Source: Eledone cirrhosa
Lineage: Eukaryota
Direction: 5' to 3'
Length of the DNA stretch: 64,000 nucleotides
Assembly: GCA_964016885.1 (NCBI GenBank)
Contig: OZ024741.1
Location: 123,442,001-123,506,000 of the forward strand
Each line of letters begins with the position of its first letter. The stretch's first letter is position 1. The position numbers and the translations under genes were made by a program. The notes under the pieces were generated by a model, which saw only the letters and a list, made by a program, of their open reading frames with translations, ran no database searches and was not told the origin of the DNA. This document shows, one piece after another, positions 16,487-29,526 of this stretch.

Positions 16487-16898
16487 AGCATAAACATATG
16501 GTGGGGTGTGTGTGGGGGTGCGTGGGTGTGTAGTGTGTGTGAGAGTGGTGAGTGCATGTATATATACAAATATCTGGACAAATTCGTGAATTTTTTGTGA
16601 TGAAAAATCTTGTTGGGTTAATCATTTAATTGCCAACTATGACTAAAAGCAATTTACAAGTTGAAAAACGTTGACAATATAAACAAGCATGTACTGAACA
16701 TAAACAGACATGGAGACATACATACAGGCAGACATACAGACAGGCACACATATGTGTGTGTGTGGAGGGGGTCTGTATAGAAACTAAAATCTTAAAGAAA
16801 AGTTATAGATGTTAAAGCACCAATTTAGCTACATACAGAGTCGATATGAGAAAACACTTAGAATCCTTAATGTAATTACCTGAATGTACCTCTGCACA

Positions 16899-16952
<54 letters not shown>

Positions 16953-16955
<3 letters not shown>

Positions 16956-17112
16956 GAAGGAGTTTTTGTAAGGAACCAGTTTGACCATAACGCACCAGAG
17001 TACTTAACACTTAGGGTAGTAGAGTGGGTAATAGGAAAATGTATGACCCAGACGGCAGAGATCAAGCCGTCGTAACGGCTTGAGCTCTGCCGTCGTGGTC
17101 ATATATTTTCCT
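16953..17112 (-). mobile_element. Family D fold-back insert
   Basis: Close relative of 46606-46818. Confidence 0.75.
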
Positions 17113-17127
17113 ATATATATATATATA

Positions 17128-17382
17128 TGCAATGAAGATTATATAGGACAAACTAAATTCACACTCAGAAACAGAATGACAGTTCATCGCCAACAATTAC
17201 GAGATCCAACCACGAGACAGATACCACTAAGTGCACATTTAGACATATGCGCAAGTAATAAGACACCCAAATTCCAAGTCTTCCCATTTTACCTTTGCGC
17301 TAACAATACAACAGAACATATACGAATAAATAAGGAAAATATGTTTATTCAAAAATATAGACCAGCATTAAATATGGTTTAA
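17128..17382 (+). pseudogene. PLE GIY-YIG endonuclease, C-terminal half
   Basis: CNEDYIGQTKFTLRNRMTVHRQQ...LSAHLDICA...KENMFIQKYRPALN*: YIG, R, H, E and N motifs; starts abruptly at (TA)n. Confidence 0.85.
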
Positions 17383-17708
17383 TATACATTATGTCAACAC
17401 CATAACATGCTAACCATCCAAACAGACACATACACACACACCTGGTACTTTAGAAAATAAAAACCCGAACTAAATAAGCCTTAACATACGCTTGCGCTGA
17501 CAATACAACAGAACAAATACGAATAAGTAAGGAAAATATGTTCATTCAAAAATATTCCTACTACAGGTATCATTTTCCTACACACACACACACACACACA
17601 TAACACCCATATACATAACACCCATATACACACACACACAACTCCCTACCCCATTTCTACTAATAGAATCATCTTCCAATACACACACACACAACCACAC
17701 ACACCCAT

Positions 17709-17780
<72 letters not shown>

Positions 17781-18115
17781 GCACACAAATAAACATACAC
17801 ATCTTTACTTTCTTTACTTCAATAGAAAATCTGAATTCTGACACCCCAGCGAACTAACCATATTCACTGAACCAGAAGAATTCTCCCATCCAATTTCTCT
17901 TGACCATTATCTTTTGCTTGTCATAAAATTCTCTAAAAAGGCTACAGAATAGATTTCCAAATAGGGGCGCGAAAATTTAATGAAAACTTGTTCACGTGAC
18001 AGCCATAATTTCATTTATAACCAATCAAATTACGTTTATTTAAAAAAAACCCTTCGTGAGCCCCATTTTAATTAAAAAGAAATTCAAACACTCATATATG
18101 AAAAACAATCTGTGC

Positions 18116-18146
<31 letters not shown>

Positions 18147-18491
18147 CAGACCACACTGTTTGAAGCTTTGTAACGCGAACTGGCGCGAAATTTATTATAA
18201 TTATTGACCAACCAATCAAATTACTTCTCGAAAAACCTGGCATTTCGAGCCACTTTTTCCATATAAAACAAGTAACATTCAGAGACCAACCAGATGTGAG
18301 AAAAACTACAGACCCTCCATCTCAACTCACCTTTTGAAAAGCAGAAGAACTGCGAAACCGGTAAAGGAACCAAATAAATATATATATATTTTTTTAAAAA
18401 TAAGACTCCAGTTGCATTTTCGATTTCACCTTTTTTTCTTTATAGGTGTAGGACACCTCGGTTATTTTTCCTTTTGTAAAAAAAACCTCAC

Positions 18492-18499
<8 letters not shown>
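17128..18499 (+). mobile_element. 5'-truncated Penelope-like element ending in the family C pLTR (HHR 18330-18367)
   Basis: GIY-YIG end, 3' region and U3-A8 HHR are collinear on one strand between two (TA)n tracts. Confidence 0.7.
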
Positions 18500-18580
<81 letters not shown>

Positions 18581-20947
18581 CATATATTTATATTTAATAC
18601 ATAACGGTTCTTCGAGAAACATAATTTTTTAAATCAACGAATTCCTGGGTTTCTGCACTGCTTTTGCATTGCACCAATATTCTGCCACAATCTATGGAAT
18701 GGGTTGCATGTGCTGTATACCGATACCAGATGTGATCGTTACCAAGTATAAATGTGGACTCTTGCTGGGTGAATAAGAAACCCTGGTCAAAAAAGCGCCA
18801 AACTCCGTTCACTTTTCTTCTTCTACGTCATTCTCTAAATCTCCGTATATTCCATCGCCTATTAATTCCAAATAATTTTGAAATTGTTCAATAATTTGAG
18901 TGAATTTAGTAATATATCTTACAACATATATTCTTATATAGAATCCTAACAAAACAGTTTTGTACCAGTTTGATATAAAAAGGGTCAACGTTATGTATTT
19001 AAAATGTCCACATAATAATCGAATCTATTGTGCATCTGTGCAACGAGATATATGGAGAGAAAGGATGTTTGTTTCACGATAGTTTCTATAACTCTGACAT
19101 TTCAATTCATAAAGAAATCATAACTGTTGTTTAATGTGTAATTATAAAATCATTTTGGTTCTAGGAGTTACTGTAATCAATATAAAATATCACTAAAGAC
19201 ATTTTCGTCTATATTCAACTGACTTGTTTTATTACAATCAACAAGTCACGATAAAAAAGAAACCGAATCATAATCAAAGCTTTAAAATAGTTTGCCTTCA
19301 TCAAATAAATATGTTCTTCATCCCATTGATAATTAATATTCATGTTATTAATTTTATAGCTATTCTGAGGAAAATGTTACGACTGCAAAGATTTAAAGTG
19401 TTAATAGGATGTTATACTGCCAGTAAAAATAAATAAATAATGAATCAAACCAAATAAAAAGATTAGTGACTTGAATACTTAGCAAGAGAATTCAAACAGA
19501 AAATAACCACAAATATGATTTTTTTTGCGACTCGAAATCTGATAATGCTGTCAATATTAGTTTTACACAAAATTTATAGTCATTGTTAAAAGAAGACATT
19601 AAAATATAAACATATGTTTATTATATAAAGATTTCTGATTTAAGCAGATAGACAGCGTTTTGTCGGGTTGTTCTATAAACAAGATTAGTTGTTTGATAAA
19701 CATTGATGACGTGAAAGGAAAGTACCATTAAAAGGCACATCCGGAATGAAGTGAAAGAAAACTATACAGTTTGCAGTTATTCTACACGAATGGACAATCC
19801 AGGTTTTCAAGGAGTAATATTACTGTAATTCCATCAAGAGAACAGTTTTCACATGAAATTAATGCATATGTGGCTGTTCCACAGGCACGTGTATTTCTTA
19901 ACTTAATTTCTATGCGATACTTTTGAATTACAGATATAGTCCGCCGAACGAGCTTCTACACTGATTTCGCCTAGCCAATTGCATTCACAACTCGTTTGTC
20001 AAGTTGTGAACTTGCCGGTAAATATATGGACGCAGCTAGACGGAATTATTCAGAGATTCTCTTTGCAACAATTAATTCTATCCTACTGCGTGTCACCTTA
20101 GGCAGTTGTCATTTACCATAGCCTCGTGTCGATCAAGGTAAATCCTGTAGACCGAAATGGATTGAAGCTCCGTCTAATTGACTGTACTTGTAAATCAATA
20201 TCAGTCTTGTCAATTTCAGGTTGTTCCACTGATGGAAAAATTGGAACACTCATCGTCGAAACGAGTGGAGGTCCATTCCAAATACCAAAGATAGGGAACT
20301 TTCAAAATCTTTATGCATCAATGCACTGTGAAGTAACTCTTTACAAGTTAATATACTTATAATAGTTACGAACATTCCAACCACAACAATCAATGTAAAT
20401 TTAACAAAAAATGTGTTTTCGAAGGTGAATTTTTTTCCAGACCTCAAAAAAGTACACTGACCTTTGATGGATATATTATATTACAGAACATTTTACGTTT
20501 TCTGCGTAATTGACTGAAAGATACACAGTTTTCTTTTAAAACAATATATAGACGGAGTATTTTTCTCTCTCTCTTATTTTGTGTTTTCTTGCGCAGTATA
20601 TACGTCACTTTGAAACTCATTTGTCATAAAACTAATTAAAAAGAAAATGAGAAATAAACGAGCACATACGTTAGTAAACAACTATGATTAAAAAGCCCCC
20701 ACATTAAAAACAAATATAAAAACAGAAAGTTATAATGGTGCTCCAGCTGGCCAAGTAAAATTGTATGTTATCAAATAATTCTACAGTATAAACAAAGAAC
20801 ACGAAAAACAATGTCTGTGAATCCACACAATTGAATTGAAATTGTTTTGCAATATCCACTACGTGGAAGGAGGGAGCAGTTTTGTTATGACACATATATT
20901 ATATATTATATATTATATTATATATATTATATTATATTAAATTATAT

Positions 20948-21003
<56 letters not shown>

Positions 21004-21020
21004 ATATATATATATTATAT

Positions 21021-21083
<63 letters not shown>

Positions 21084-21098
21084 TATATTATATTATAT

Positions 21099-21143
<45 letters not shown>

Positions 21144-21189
21144 TGTGGAATACTGTTGGCTTTCTGCTACATTATTTTCTATACCTTTC

Positions 21190-21257
<68 letters not shown>

Positions 21258-22476
21258 GCACGCACACACACACATATGTGTGTGTGTGCATAATACTTTA
21301 ATATGTAAAAAGAATATATCGTAAATGTGAAATGATGTATAATTTGACATTTCATTTCCTTTGTTCGCAACTCGACAATAGAATGAAAATGATAATGGAA
21401 AATTCGACATATTAAAAAAATCATACTTCCCTCTACCTACATTCATCACAAGAATGAAATACATAGAGACGCATATATCTCTAGTGTAAAGTCATCAGAA
21501 AAGACCGCTATATTTTTTAGATGTCTTTGTGAATTGGGAAATGGCAATGTCGTATATAACTCACTATTACTAAGCGACATCTGTACGAACACATACATAG
21601 TTTTAATAAGAACAGATATACTTCTTATTTGGCTCTGGTAGATAAAGTAGTGCTGGTGTCGGGTCTGTGATGTTGCCTTGTAAATATTAATGTAAATGTG
21701 TGTAGATATAGCGTGCATTTGGATAAAGTTATATACAAATATATGTATGTATGTAGTATGTATATATATTTACAAGATGGTGCTGTTGTGTCTGTGTGTC
21801 TGTGTATTTGCATTGTGTGTGTAATCAATGGATAAGGTTCGTCTTTACCGTTCACCGGTAAACTATCGTAAAACAATGGATCGATACTCTCTTTTCACTG
21901 TTTATCAAAAATATTTCTGTTTTTGAAGACCCAAAAGCATGTACATTAAATACACTACTACACGAGTAGATGATACTGTGTATCGTAAAAATCACATTTT
22001 TGATACCCAGAATTCTACTAGTCTTCAATACATAATATAAAATAGAAGAGATTGTTTGTTGGGGTTGATTCCTCCACGTGTCACAAAAAAACGAAATCTG
22101 ACAATCGAAATGTAAGTTCAGCAATGATATATGGATATATCCAGCAAGGTGTATTGATACTATATTTATAACATCAAAGAAGAAGAAAAAGATTACAGGT
22201 ATAATAACCAACGTGTTGGGAGACAACGATAAGGGATTCTATCTGCACGTTCATTGTGAGTAATGATCGTGTTTCCCGGCCAGCGTCTCCGATTCCAACG
22301 CTGATTTACACACACATACATAGACACACATAAACGCATACACACACACACACACCACACATGGGCACACATACACACGCAGAGAGAGGCGCGCGCGCAC
22401 ACAAACACACATACATACACGCACATACACACAAGCACGCTAAGAAAAACACACTTTTGTATAATTAGCTATATAT

Positions 22477-22662
22477 AATTGTTTCTACTTTTGGCACAAG
22501 GCCAGCAATTATTCCAGTGCATTACTGGTACTTTATTTTATCGACCCCGTAAGGATGAAAGGCAAAGTTAACCTCGGCGGGATTTGAACTCAGATCATAA
22601 AGGGAGGTAACTCTATGCTTCAAAGCATGGCGTCCGACCCTTACCGATACTGCCAATCCACC
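22477..22662 (-). mobile_element. SINE, nearly full length
   Basis: Reverse complement of the 3843/34683 family. Confidence 0.9.
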
Positions 22663-22666
22663 AATA

Positions 22667-23600
22667 CTAGCAGTAAAGCCCGGCGTTGCTCGGGGTCGCT
22701 CAGTAGCTGTGTTAAAGTTACAATGTTAAGTTTCTTTATTGGCTTAAAAACTGTAGTGTCTACTGTGCAGACTTGCATGTGGTGTTTTTGATTAATATTC
22801 CCTCAACCAACAATATGCCTTATGAAGTTAAGAAAACATAACGATAACCCGAATGTTATAACAAAAGAGGATGCTGAGGATAGAAACTGCACTGGTTATT
22901 TATTAACAAAGATCGAAAATGTAAACACTGCAACGCAGAGAAAAACATTAGCGTAACCAAATTATCAGTTATGTCTCTCTGCACGCCTATATCACCTCTC
23001 TGCACGACTGTCTGTCTGCACGCCTATATCACCTCTCTGCACGACTGTCTGTCTGCACGCCTATATCACCTCTCTGCACGACTGTCTGTCTGCACGCCTA
23101 TATCACCTCTCTGCACGACTGTCTGTCTGCACGCGTATATCACCTCTCTGCACGACTGTCTGTCTGCACGCCTAACGACGAAATATTTGCTTGTTTTACG
23201 TAGTCTTTAAATAGACTTGTTTTCAAGTAAAAATATTGTTTTAAAATGCTTTTAAATGGAAATGAAGCAAAACGGAAGCTTAGTGTTCGAACTGATGAAT
23301 TTTGCAGGTCAATATTTTGCTGGCTCAACAACTGTTAAAGCCAGCGTAATTTTTTACGTAAGACGCTCAATGTAAACAGAACAAAGGGGAATAACTGATA
23401 ACTTACGCTCAAAAATCGATACATTATATTCGATTTCGTCACATAGGGTGGGTCAATTTGAAATTTTTTTTTCCGATGTCTTCGCTAGGGCTCAATGTAC
23501 AAGTATAGCAATTTCGGTGCAATTCCGTGAGAGATTCTAAGAGGAGATGCGTGCCAAAAATCGATAGACAGACAGACAACCACAGTTTTATATATATAGA
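22667..23600 (-). mobile_element. Non-autonomous Helitron
   Basis: Minus strand begins A^TCTATATATAT and ends with hairpin cccgagcaacgccggg, 8 nt, then CTAG^T; no TSD. Confidence 0.8.
22979..23174. repeat. 37-bp minisatellite, ~5.3 copies, inside the Helitron
   Basis: Unit ctgcacgcctatatcacctctctgcacgactgtctgt. Confidence 0.95.
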
Positions 23601-24064
23601 TAACAAATTGGAATCCACATCATCCTTTTGAGAAATATGGACAAAGCACGTCTATGGAAACGCTTTACAATCAGGTGGAAGATGAACCATCGCCTAGAGG
23701 TCACTATTCTCGAATGCACACACTGGATAAAATACATTTATTCCCTAGATTCCTCTTACACCTTCCTCTACAGAGCTACCATTCAAATACTCAAGACTTC
23801 AGTTACTACGTTATAAATAGGTTGCCCCGCCCTGACATCCACCATTTACATAACGGTAATACATTGACACAAACTTGACTGGTATATGCATGATATTTTA
23901 AAGTACCATTGTGTGGTGTGGGTCTGGAGAATGATCTAAAAAGTATATTTATGGATTAGGATTATTTGAGTTCGTGGATAACATAGGTTTATGTAGATGC
24001 CTTTACGTTACGTTCAAGATAAACAATTGACGGTCTTAGATGCATACAATAACACACAGACATT

Positions 24065-24149
<85 letters not shown>

Positions 24150-24157
<8 letters not shown>

Positions 24158-24621
24158 GTGAGGTTTCTTTTACAAAATGAAAAATAACCGAGGTGTCCTA
24201 CACGAGTGAAAGTATAAAGAAAAAGAGATGAAATCGAAAATGCAACTGGAGTCTTATTTTTTTTTTAAATATATATATTTATTTGGTTCCTTTACCGGTT
24301 TCGCAGTTCTTCTGCTTTTCAAAAGGTGAGTTGAGATGGAGGGTCTGTGGTTTTTCTCACATCTGGTTGGTCTCTGAATGTTACTTGTTTTATATGGAAA
24401 AAGTGGCTCGAAAATGCCAGGTTTTTCGAGCCACTTTTTCCATATAAAACAAGTAACATTCAGAGACCAACCAGATGTGAGAAAAACCACAGACCCTCCA
24501 TCTCAACTCACCTTTTGAAAAGCAGAAGAACTGCGAAACCGGTAAAGGAACCAAATAAATATATATATTTTAAAAAAAAATAAGACTCCAGTTGCATTTT
24601 CGATTTCATATCGTTTTCTTT
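24150..24621 (-). mobile_element. Family C fold-back insert with ~200-bp arms; HHRs at 24289-24326 (-) and 24511-24548 (+)
   Basis: Almost perfect inverted repeat centred near 24418; both arms contain the U3-A8 HHR. Confidence 0.85.
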
Positions 24622-24635
24622 ATATATATATATAT

Positions 24636-25125
24636 ATTAAGATAAGCAGAACAAGTAAAATTCAATCAATTTTTTAAAATACATTAAAAAATATAATATA
24701 AATATTTACCTCTCCTAGTGGCCCTTACTGATCAGTTTCGCTTTGTAAAACCTCATAAATCCGATGGATTTAAGACCTTTCAGACCTTTATTTGCTGGCA
24801 GGAGGTTATATATTTTGTCGTTCCTGGGACGTTTAGCCCTAGGAAGGGAAAATGCTTCTCTGATGAGCTTTGGTTTTCCATCATAAATCCATCGGATTTA
24901 TGAGGTTTTACAAAGCGAAACTGATCAGTAAGGGCCACTAGGAGAGGTAAATATTTATATTATATTTTTTAATGTATTTTAAAAGATTGATTGAATTTTA
25001 CTTGTTCTGCTTATCTTAATATTAAAGTTCTTGTGTATCAAATTAATACCATTGAACAACCTTGAATCATAGACAACCTATGTATTTCTGGGGGTACCTA
25101 GTGTCCCTGGACATATTAACTTTAA
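24636..25125 (+). mobile_element. Fold-back insert with HHR
   Basis: Arms about 24636-24771 and 24885-25020, with a unique tail to 25125; TA-flanked. Confidence 0.75.
24853..24937 (+). ncRNA. Type-I HHR
   Basis: CTGATGA-gctttg..tcataaatcc(atc)ggatttatga..caaagc-GAAA-ctgatcagt-A-aggg; stem III ACTGATCAGT is a palindrome. Confidence 0.8.
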
Positions 25126-25148
25126 TATATATATATATATATATATAT

Positions 25149-25392
25149 GGAAAGTTATATTTAAATTGTTGTGTTACAACTAGTAAATATTTATAACTGA
25201 AATATTTACAACCAAATCAACCTTCTCAAATGCAAGTAGATGTTGTTACGGTATGTCGAATCTATTTATCTATAAAGCTGTTTATATTGTATTTTGTCTG
25301 AGGAAGGCATAGCATATTGTTCATATGTTATTCCTGAAATATGTATAATGAAATAAATATGGTTTTATAAGTATAGTTTCCATTTATTTAAT

Positions 25393-25396
<4 letters not shown>
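25149..25396 (+). mobile_element. HHR-bearing insert; HHR at 25290-25355
   Basis: tattttgt-CTGAGGA-aggcatagcatat(tgttc)atatgttattcct-GAAA-tatgtat-A-atgaaata; homolog at 46342-46538. Confidence 0.75.
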
Positions 25397-25484
<88 letters not shown>

Positions 25485-25709
25485 CGATATTATGATATTA
25501 TATGTGCATTGAGAGATCAATACAAATGAGTATATGTTTTCCCCCCTACACAACTGGCATGACTAAACTTCAGTTTTGAATGATCAATTTTTCTCTGGGT
25601 ACCGTGGAATTATTTTGTTTTAATGCCTTCTATTGTTCTAATGTATACACCTAAGTTAAAATCTAGAAATCTATAAAATCCACCTAGCTCTATATCGAAA
25701 CCATAGTTT

Positions 25710-25758
<49 letters not shown>

Positions 25759-25799
25759 AATAATCACTAGCTATGCAGTGATTATATATTATATATAAT

Positions 25800-26764
25800 C
25801 ACTGAGGTAGCGCAGGCAATCAAAAACCCGGCTGACGCTGCTTTTTTACAACAAGATCTGGATGCCATATGCAAATGGGCGAAAGACAACAACATGCAGT
25901 TTAATGCTGGCACATTCCAAGCCCTACAATACAAACCTGCAAACCCAAATACAGTACAACACAGTTACGCAGGACAGGGAGAGAGACCGATATCCCCGTG
26001 TCAAATACGATACCAGACCTGGGTATAGACATGAGCTATGATGCATCTTTTTCCTCACACATCATGAAAGTGGTGACAATGTGCAGACGACTCGCTGGCT
26101 GGATCTTGAGGACTTTCTGGACAAGAGACCAAGACACCATGTTGACATTATGGAGGTCATACGTCCTAAGCCGCCTGGACTATTGCTCCCAGTTGCGGTC
26201 ACCCCATAGTGTCAAACTAACCATGGAGCTTCAGGCAATCCAGCGAAGCTACACAAAGAGGATTGCCACGATGAAGGAGATAGGCTACTGGGAGAGTCTA
26301 AAAGAACTGAGGCTCAACTCCTTGGAACGAAGACGGGAGAGATACACAGTGATCTACATGTGGAAAATCCTGGAAGGACTAGCACCAAACTTTGGCATTG
26401 GGAGCTGGACCAACCGTCGAACAGGACGTCACTGTGTGGACGTCCACATCTAGAACAAGGAGCAGATATTTCAATAGCGTGGGGTCTAAGGGCCTTCAAC
26501 TCTGAAACAAGCTGCCGAGTGATCTGAAAGATCTGCATGGTGTGGATTTGGATGTCTTCAAGAAACATCTCAACTCCTTGCTTTCCAGGATACCGGATGA
26601 TCCCACAGCAAGGCACGAGGGAAACCTAAGGGCAGCAGCAACAAACTCCCTCTTGCACCAGTGGCCAACCAATACAGGCTGGAGATAAAATGTGTAGCAA
26701 CAAGGGCAGTGTCCCAGCGTAGCCTCAACCGGATGGCTGGTACATATAAAAGAGTAAAAGAGTT
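25800..26764 (+). mobile_element. CR1-group LINE, 5'-truncated ORF2 (RT end/thumb) and 3' UTR
   Basis: LQQDLDAICKWAKDNNMQFN...DLGIDMS..SRLDYCSQL..SLERRRER; internal deletion and stops; tail aaaagagtaaaagagt. Confidence 0.85.
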
Positions 26765-27399
26765 ATATATAATATATAATATATAAATATACGCGAGATT
26801 TACTCATATTTATTGTTCAGGGAAAATTATAATCTTAAAATTGAAAGATTACAATGGATGTGATGTTTGTATAACAGAGGAAAATAGCATTGTACAGCTA
26901 ACGATGCCAGTGGTTTTCTTGAAACATTATGAAGGATTATTGGTGAAGTCCTTCATAGATATTTTGAATTCACGAGATTTATTATTCTGTTTCACTAAAT
27001 ATTAATGTCAGACCAATACATGAAATCAGGAATAAAACAAGATTTTATCTACCTTTAGTGTATGTACACATATTTTGAATAGAAATTCTCAGAGAAAAGT
27101 GGAATGAAGAAGAACTAAATGATTTGGAAGATAACGATATTAAAGTAGAGAGGACTGGGCGTGTTTATTGGAGAACTGAATGGAGAACGCATGTAGGCTA
27201 AGAGGATATGCTTTATAGGAACAGCTAAATAATACCTTTTTTCATTTCATAATATTTCGACATGTAATACGTTATTGTTTCTTCTAATAATTTAATAGAG
27301 TTAAATATAGCGAGCTTTCGTTATGGATTTATTGTTCAGGCAAAAAATAGTATAACGATACAATTTTAGGTCATCTATTATTATTATTATATGTTGCTT

Positions 27400-27606
27400 C
27401 TGGCGGAGTGGCAGTTCCGGCGTCGTATAGCCATGGCTCTTTACTCTCTGAGTTCAAATTCCGCCGGGGTTAGCTTTGCCTTTCATCCCTACAAAGTCGA
27501 TGAAATAAAGCACCAGTAACGCACATGGGTCGATATAATTGAATTCCACCCCCCATTCCCACCAGAAAAGGCTGTTGTTCCTAAATAAGAAACCATTATT
27601 ATTATT
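27400..27606 (+). mobile_element. SINE, diverged copy
   Basis: ctgagttcaaattccgccggggttagctttgcctttcatcc. Confidence 0.75.
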
Positions 27607-27699
27607 ATGCTTCTCACGCAGCATTTCTTGTTGGAGATATGATACGGGTGATAGATGTCCACAACGAGTGAACTGAGATGACACTTTCAATACTCAATC

Positions 27700-28740
27700 A
27701 TTTGTCCAAGTATTCTTGCAGTTAGAAGAGATCCTGCTTCCTGTATGTGCTCCATCCTGGTACTCTCTAAAATATCTTTCAAATAGTTTTCAAAGCTGGA
27801 GCACACATTATCAAGCGACTCAACTAAAACTAGGACCACATTAATGTTCCCCATTGCTCATCAATATTTTATCTCCCATTCTAGTGGTTCATATATCTCA
27901 CTTTTTCAATTCGTTGTCACAAACCTCGTTATAAGTGGGTTAAGTACATCTAGAATCAAATAATGTTTTCTGTCATTGTTGGCAAACAAGGTGTCTGGGT
28001 TGTTGTATTAAATTTCATGGTCTCAATCCATAAAGTCACTTGGTCATTTTCTACAACACCTTCTGGCTATGGTATATCACTATTGGCTGGTAATATACCA
28101 CACAGTTTCACCCTTTTCTCCGCTCATCCTACACTTTTCTGTTTCCCCTACGTTGTCAACCATGAGCTATGGCATAAGTTATCTTTAAGGTTTGACTTGT
28201 GATGCACAAATTAAAGCTTCCGTTTCTGATTTAACATCACGTTTCTGTATCTGTAAACACATCCTCTCTAAATTGCTTTCGCATTCTGCGTGCCTGCACA
28301 CTTTCTTTTATTTCCATCTCCTTTCAGTTTTAATTCACCTTTCTTTCTTCTATACAGATTATACTTTGCAATCTCCAATTTTCATCACATTTGACTTTTT
28401 CACTTCTAACAGCAATAGTTCAATGACGTTCTTTATGTACCAAGTTCGCCATCGTTCGCCTCTGCTCTCAAACAACCTTCACAGATGATGATTCCTCTCC
28501 TTCCTTACATTTTAGACAAGTATAATCTATCAACAACACTTGGATGAAAGGTTCCATTCATTGTGAGTAACTTTCTTGTTTTCCTCTTCAAAGATTGTAC
28601 TTATTCTACAGTCCATTCAACACCCCTCCAGTTCTATATCTTTGTAGAGATACTACCCAAGTATTAAGCGCTTCATATCTATTCCCGACATTCAACTTTG
28701 ATTTTAAAATTAATTGTCCTTTCTAAAGTCTTATTTGTAA
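27700..28740 (-). mobile_element. Highly decayed RTE-like LINE fragment
   Basis: Frameshifted remnants resembling the 'FKYLGS' and late ORF2 regions on the minus strand. Confidence 0.4.
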
Positions 28741-28769
28741 ATTTAGCTTTTATTAATATTATTATTATT

Positions 28770-29172
28770 AGTGAATTGACAGAATCAGTAGGGCGATGAA
28801 GAACATGTCTTGCGGCATAGAGTTAGTGTCTTTCAGGTTCTGAGTTTAAATCCCGCCGGGACTAGCTTTGCCTTCACCCATATGGGGTCGATAAAATAAA
28901 GTACCAGTCGACTTTTCCCATCCTCCAAAATTGCTGGCCTTGTGCCTAAATCAGAAACCATTATCATTAGCTGATTCACAGTATCGGTAGAACGTGAACA
29001 ACATGCCATGCAGCTTCACGTTCTGAGCTCAAATCCCATCTAGGAGAGCTTTGCATTTCATCCCTACGGGGGTCGATAAAGTTAAGTACCAGTAACGTAC
29101 TGGGTTTGGTGTAATCGACTTTCCCCTTCCTTTCAAATTGTTGGCCTTGTGCCAAATATAGAAACAGTTATT
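28770..29172 (+). mobile_element. Two tandem SINE copies
   Basis: Two successive cores (ggggtcgataaa...agtaccag) and tails (ggccttgtgcc). Confidence 0.8.
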
Positions 29173-29494
29173 AATTTGTTATCTCAGACATATTTGTTTG
29201 GAGAGCAGTAAAGTTCAAGTTCTTCATATGTTTAATATTTAAATAATTTCATGATGAAACAGAAGATATTTCATACATTCAATCTTTTATATCACTATTA
29301 TCGATGCAGATCAAAAACTAAACAAAAAATATCTGCACTACCAATCAAACTTCAAAGTATCGATTTGCGTGGTATGGTGGGCATAGGGTTACATCAAAAA
29401 AGCAATTGAACACAGCTAATATAAATATGTGTTAGATTACATTATTTACTCTCACGCAGCCCCTTAATATCACGACCCCCCCCCCCATACACAC

Positions 29495-29526
<32 letters not shown>

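Noticed and set aside
22979-23174. 37-bp repeat as a CRISPR array
   Set aside because: The units are contiguous with no spacers, and the context is eukaryotic.
24254-24583. Mirror-image 78-aa ORFs
   Set aside because: They are a by-product of the fold-back repeat and have no protein motif.
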